Origin: Malacoraja senta
Lineage: Eukaryota
NCBI GenBank assembly: GCA_038087875.1
Contig: JAXLNO010000202.1
Coordinates: forward strand, 62,001 to 126,000
DNA: 64,000 bases
Direction: 5' to 3'
In this document: piece by piece, positions 60,905-64,000 of the stretch
How positions within the stretch are numbered: position 1 is the first letter of the stretch
Layout: every line of letters begins with the position of its first letter
Notes under the pieces: model-generated
What the model was told of the DNA's origin: nothing
Databases searched by the model: none
The model's input: only the letters and a program-made list of their open reading frames with translations
Translations under genes and position numbers: made by a program

Positions 60905-63480
60905 AGGTCTGCTTTCACCGCCGTACGAATGCCAAGCAGAACCAGAGGCAACCGTTCACTCCAGTTCGACGTGTCTCCTCCAGCTGCCAGAGCGGCTTTC
61001 AACTGGCGATGGAACCGTTCAATCAGACCGTTCGCTTGTGGATGATACGCTGTCGTTCAAATCTTCACAAGTGAGCAGATATTTGTAGTTTCTTGACAGT
61101 GGGAGTGGGCCGACCAAGTCCAGGTGCACGTGCTCGAAACCGGTGTTCGGTTTGAGAAACTCGCCGAATGGGGTCCAAGTGTGTCTGGAGATCTTGGATT
61201 GTTGACATGTTAGACAAGTCTTCGCCCATTATCCAACATACCGCTTGATGAAAGGTCAGATGAAACGTCCGGAGATTAGTTTTATCGTCGCCTTCTTGCC
61301 CGGATGTGATAAGTTGTGCAGCGCGTTGAAAACTTCTCGACGCATCGTCCCAGGCACAAACGGCAGCGGTTTGCCAATGGAAGTGTTACATATGATGGTT
61401 TCTCTCCTGTCAAAGAATGCCAGAGGCTCCCACCTGCCATTGGACCAACATAGTTGCGTCGGCGAGAGTCCTCTTAGTGGCGTTGAAGACTTGCACTGCA
61501 TCCTCGGGTAAACACAAACTTTGAAGACGATTTGAGTAAGTTGGGTCAAGGGTAATAGGGAACCTGCGGCGTTTGGTAGAAAGCAGCGGTAGAAATTCAT
61601 GATCACCAAAAATCGCCATAATTGGATTAACAAATTTGGCACTGGGTAATTTTGGATTTCCTGCAGCTTTGATCTGCTGGGCAGGATGCTGTACTCCGTC
61701 ACGAGATGCCCGAGGAAAGCGAGTTCGCGAGCGCCAAACATGCATTTGTTCGTGTTAATGACAATACCATATTCGTCGAGACGCCGGAACAGTAATCCGA
61801 GGTGTTCCTTGTGTTCGTATTCGCTGGAGCTCGCTACCAACACGTACGCCGGAGAGTACGTACATGGTCCATGAAACGCTGGAACGATTGTGCTGCGTTC
61901 CGTAAACCAAACAGTATCCGTGGAAATTCAAACGTCCCGAACGGAGTGACCATGGCTGACTTGGGAATATCGGCAGGCTCGACCGGAATTTGATTATAGG
62001 CACGCACGAGGTCGATGCTTGTGAACACCCGCTTACCCTGTAGGCTTGCAGAGAAATCCTGCAAATGTGGGATGCTGTATCGATCTGGAATAGTTGCATT
62101 AGTGAACAGTAGTCGCCGCAGGCTCGCCAATCTCCAGGAGACTTCTTCCGGACCATGTGAAGAGGTGATGCCCAGCAGTTCCTAGACCTACGGATGTTCC
62201 CGAGCTCCAACATATGGTCAAATTCTGCCTTTGCCACCTTGAGGTGATCCACGGGTAATCTGCGCACTCTTGCCGAAACCGGAGGGCCGCGTGTCTGAAT
62301 ATGATGCGCGACAGAGTGTTTGTACTCGCTAGAATTTAGAAGATTGAGGGGGGATCTTATAGAAACGTACAAAATTCTTAAGGGGTTGAACAGGCTAGAT
62401 GCAGGATGATTTTTCCCGATGTTGGGGAAGTCCAGGACAAGGGGTCACAGTTTAAGGATAAAGGGGAAATCCTTTAGGACCGAGATGAGAAAAACATTTT
62501 TCACACAGAGAGTGGTGAATATCTGGAACTCTGCCACAGAGGGTAGTTGAGGCCAGTCCATTGGCTCGTTATTTAAGAGGGAGTTAGATGTGGCCCTTGT
62601 GGCTAAAGGGATCAGGGGGTATGGAGAGAAGGCAGGTGCAGGATACTGAGTTCGATGATCAGCCATGATCATATTGAATGGCGGTGCAGGCTCGAAGGGC
62701 CGAATGGCCTACTCCTGCACCTATTTTCTACGTTTCTATGTTTCTATATTTGATATCGTTATGCCGGTAAGACTGAGTTATGAGTTGCGAAAATTGTTTC
62801 AGTACTTCCTGATATGGGCCGGTGCTGGGTTGGAGGCTGGTGAGGTGAGGTGAGAGATAGTCATTGCCGGATGGCAGATGCAGTTCACCTGTGCACGAGT
62901 GCAGCAATCACTCACGCGGCGATTTCTGAGGTCCACTCGCAAAGAAAAGTGTAAAAGAAAAAATCCGCTCCGATAATAGGTTTTGATATGTCGGTGACTG
63001 TAAAAATCCAGCAAAACGTTTTCTGCGGACCGAAGTCGAAATCATGACTGATTGCTAGAATTGTTCGCAGCAGTGAGAATGCATCCAGGTTTGGGGTATA
63101 AACGCTCTTGGGAACTGGGAGGAATGACCGATAACTCGAGGCCGGATATTGCATACCTGAGAGACGATCGGTGAGAAAAAGGCAGTGGCTAGTTTGCCCG
63201 CTGGCAGCAGTCGCATCTACTGCCGGGCATCTTTCCCGGGCGTTGATATTTGTAGAAGGAGCAAGAAGGTTGACACGACCGGGCTGCTGCACCAAACCTT
63301 CGGTGTTTCCGGCAAATGTGTTGGGCGTCGCCTCGGCCCCGACCCTCAAGGTTTGCGTTAAACCTGAAACGGGGATGGCTCTGCTGGGCTGCCAAAGTCT
63401 GGACTTGCGCAGTGAGCGCTGCAATTTGCTGTTCCAACTGTGCATCTTCTGGCTTGAAGGCCCTGTCCCACGGGCAGGCG
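60905..63480 (-). mobile_element. Decayed Ty3/Gypsy LTR retrotransposon internal region (gag, protease remnant, RT, integrase)
   Basis: gag CRKHRRFGAAARSCQPSC; HHIQTRGPP..R.RRL; WASPLHMV.KK; DRYSIPH..D; IDLVRAYNQIP; TPFGTFEF; FLGH; HNLSHPG; WSERLPLVLLGIRT. Many frameshifts; no LTRs recognised. Confidence 0.88.
62320..62745 (+). mobile_element. CR1 family B 3' fragment nested in the Gypsy element
   Basis: Matches the CR1-B 3' end; tttctatg tail. Confidence 0.88.
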
Positions 63481-63639
63481 GTTCCAGGCAGTAAGCGCGG
63501 CGTAGCAGGAAGTGGGGACCGCACGGGGCCCGCGGGGTCGGTCCCACGCAGATCGCAGGAGCTGTATGTAGTTGGTCCGGCAGTCCCTGAGCTGGGCTCA
63601 GAAAAACTGACACTGTCCAAAAATCCAGTGCGGCAACGG

Positions 63640-64000
63640 CCTGAACAAAACTTCGTTGCCTGCAGTCATACATATAATAATAAATAACAAAACACACAAT
63701 AAACACAAATTAACATCCACCACAGTGAGTTCACCAGGCACCTCCTCACTGTGATGGAGGCAAAAGTCTTATAGTCTCTGTCTCCTCCCTCTTTGTTCTT
63801 CCTCTGCGCTGAGGCGATCCAGGCTTCTGATGTTGTGTCCCCGCCGGGTGATGGTAAGTCAGTCCCGCGGCTGAATCCGTGCTCCGTCCGCGACGGGCCG
63901 GTTCAAACTCCGCGGCCCAGGGTGATCGAAGCTGCTGAAGCTCCCGCCCTCCAGTCCAGCGGATGCAGCTGTAGTTGCGGGAGCTCCAGAAAAACAGGTC
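63640..64000 (-). mobile_element. GC-rich non-autonomous element, 3' part (runs off the window)
   Basis: Close copy of 33775-34115. Confidence 0.75.

Overview
Repeat-rich vertebrate genomic DNA, most likely a cartilaginous fish (inferred from the CR1-type LINEs and HE1/V-SINE-like SINEs). There is a 200-N scaffold gap at 36966-37165. Host genes, found by reading splice sites: (i) three 5' coding exons of a TMPRSS11/HAT-DESC-like type II transmembrane serine protease on + (TM exon 28472-28574, SEA exons 29993-30123 and 31792-31859); (ii) exons 2 and 3 of a nearly tailless GnRH receptor on + (41221-41428, 44121-44398), with exon 1 not found; (iii) the last two protease exons of a TMPRSS11-like gene on - (57183-57319, 53516-53677), with an unusual Arg at chymotrypsin position 193. 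The left part holds a ~4 kb tandem segmental duplication. One copy carries an intact DIRS1-type tyrosine-recombinase retrotransposon (12984-17493) and the other copy preserves the empty target site, which exposes a 7-bp ATTTTAC core shared by target and element junction. Also present: many CR1 LINEs (one chimeric, one internally deleted, several nested), Penelope-derived repeats with hammerhead-ribozyme motifs, a decayed Gypsy element, a probable non-autonomous Helitron, a hAT-like MITE, GC-rich non-autonomous retroposons and several minisatellites. All calls are by eye; no database searches were run.
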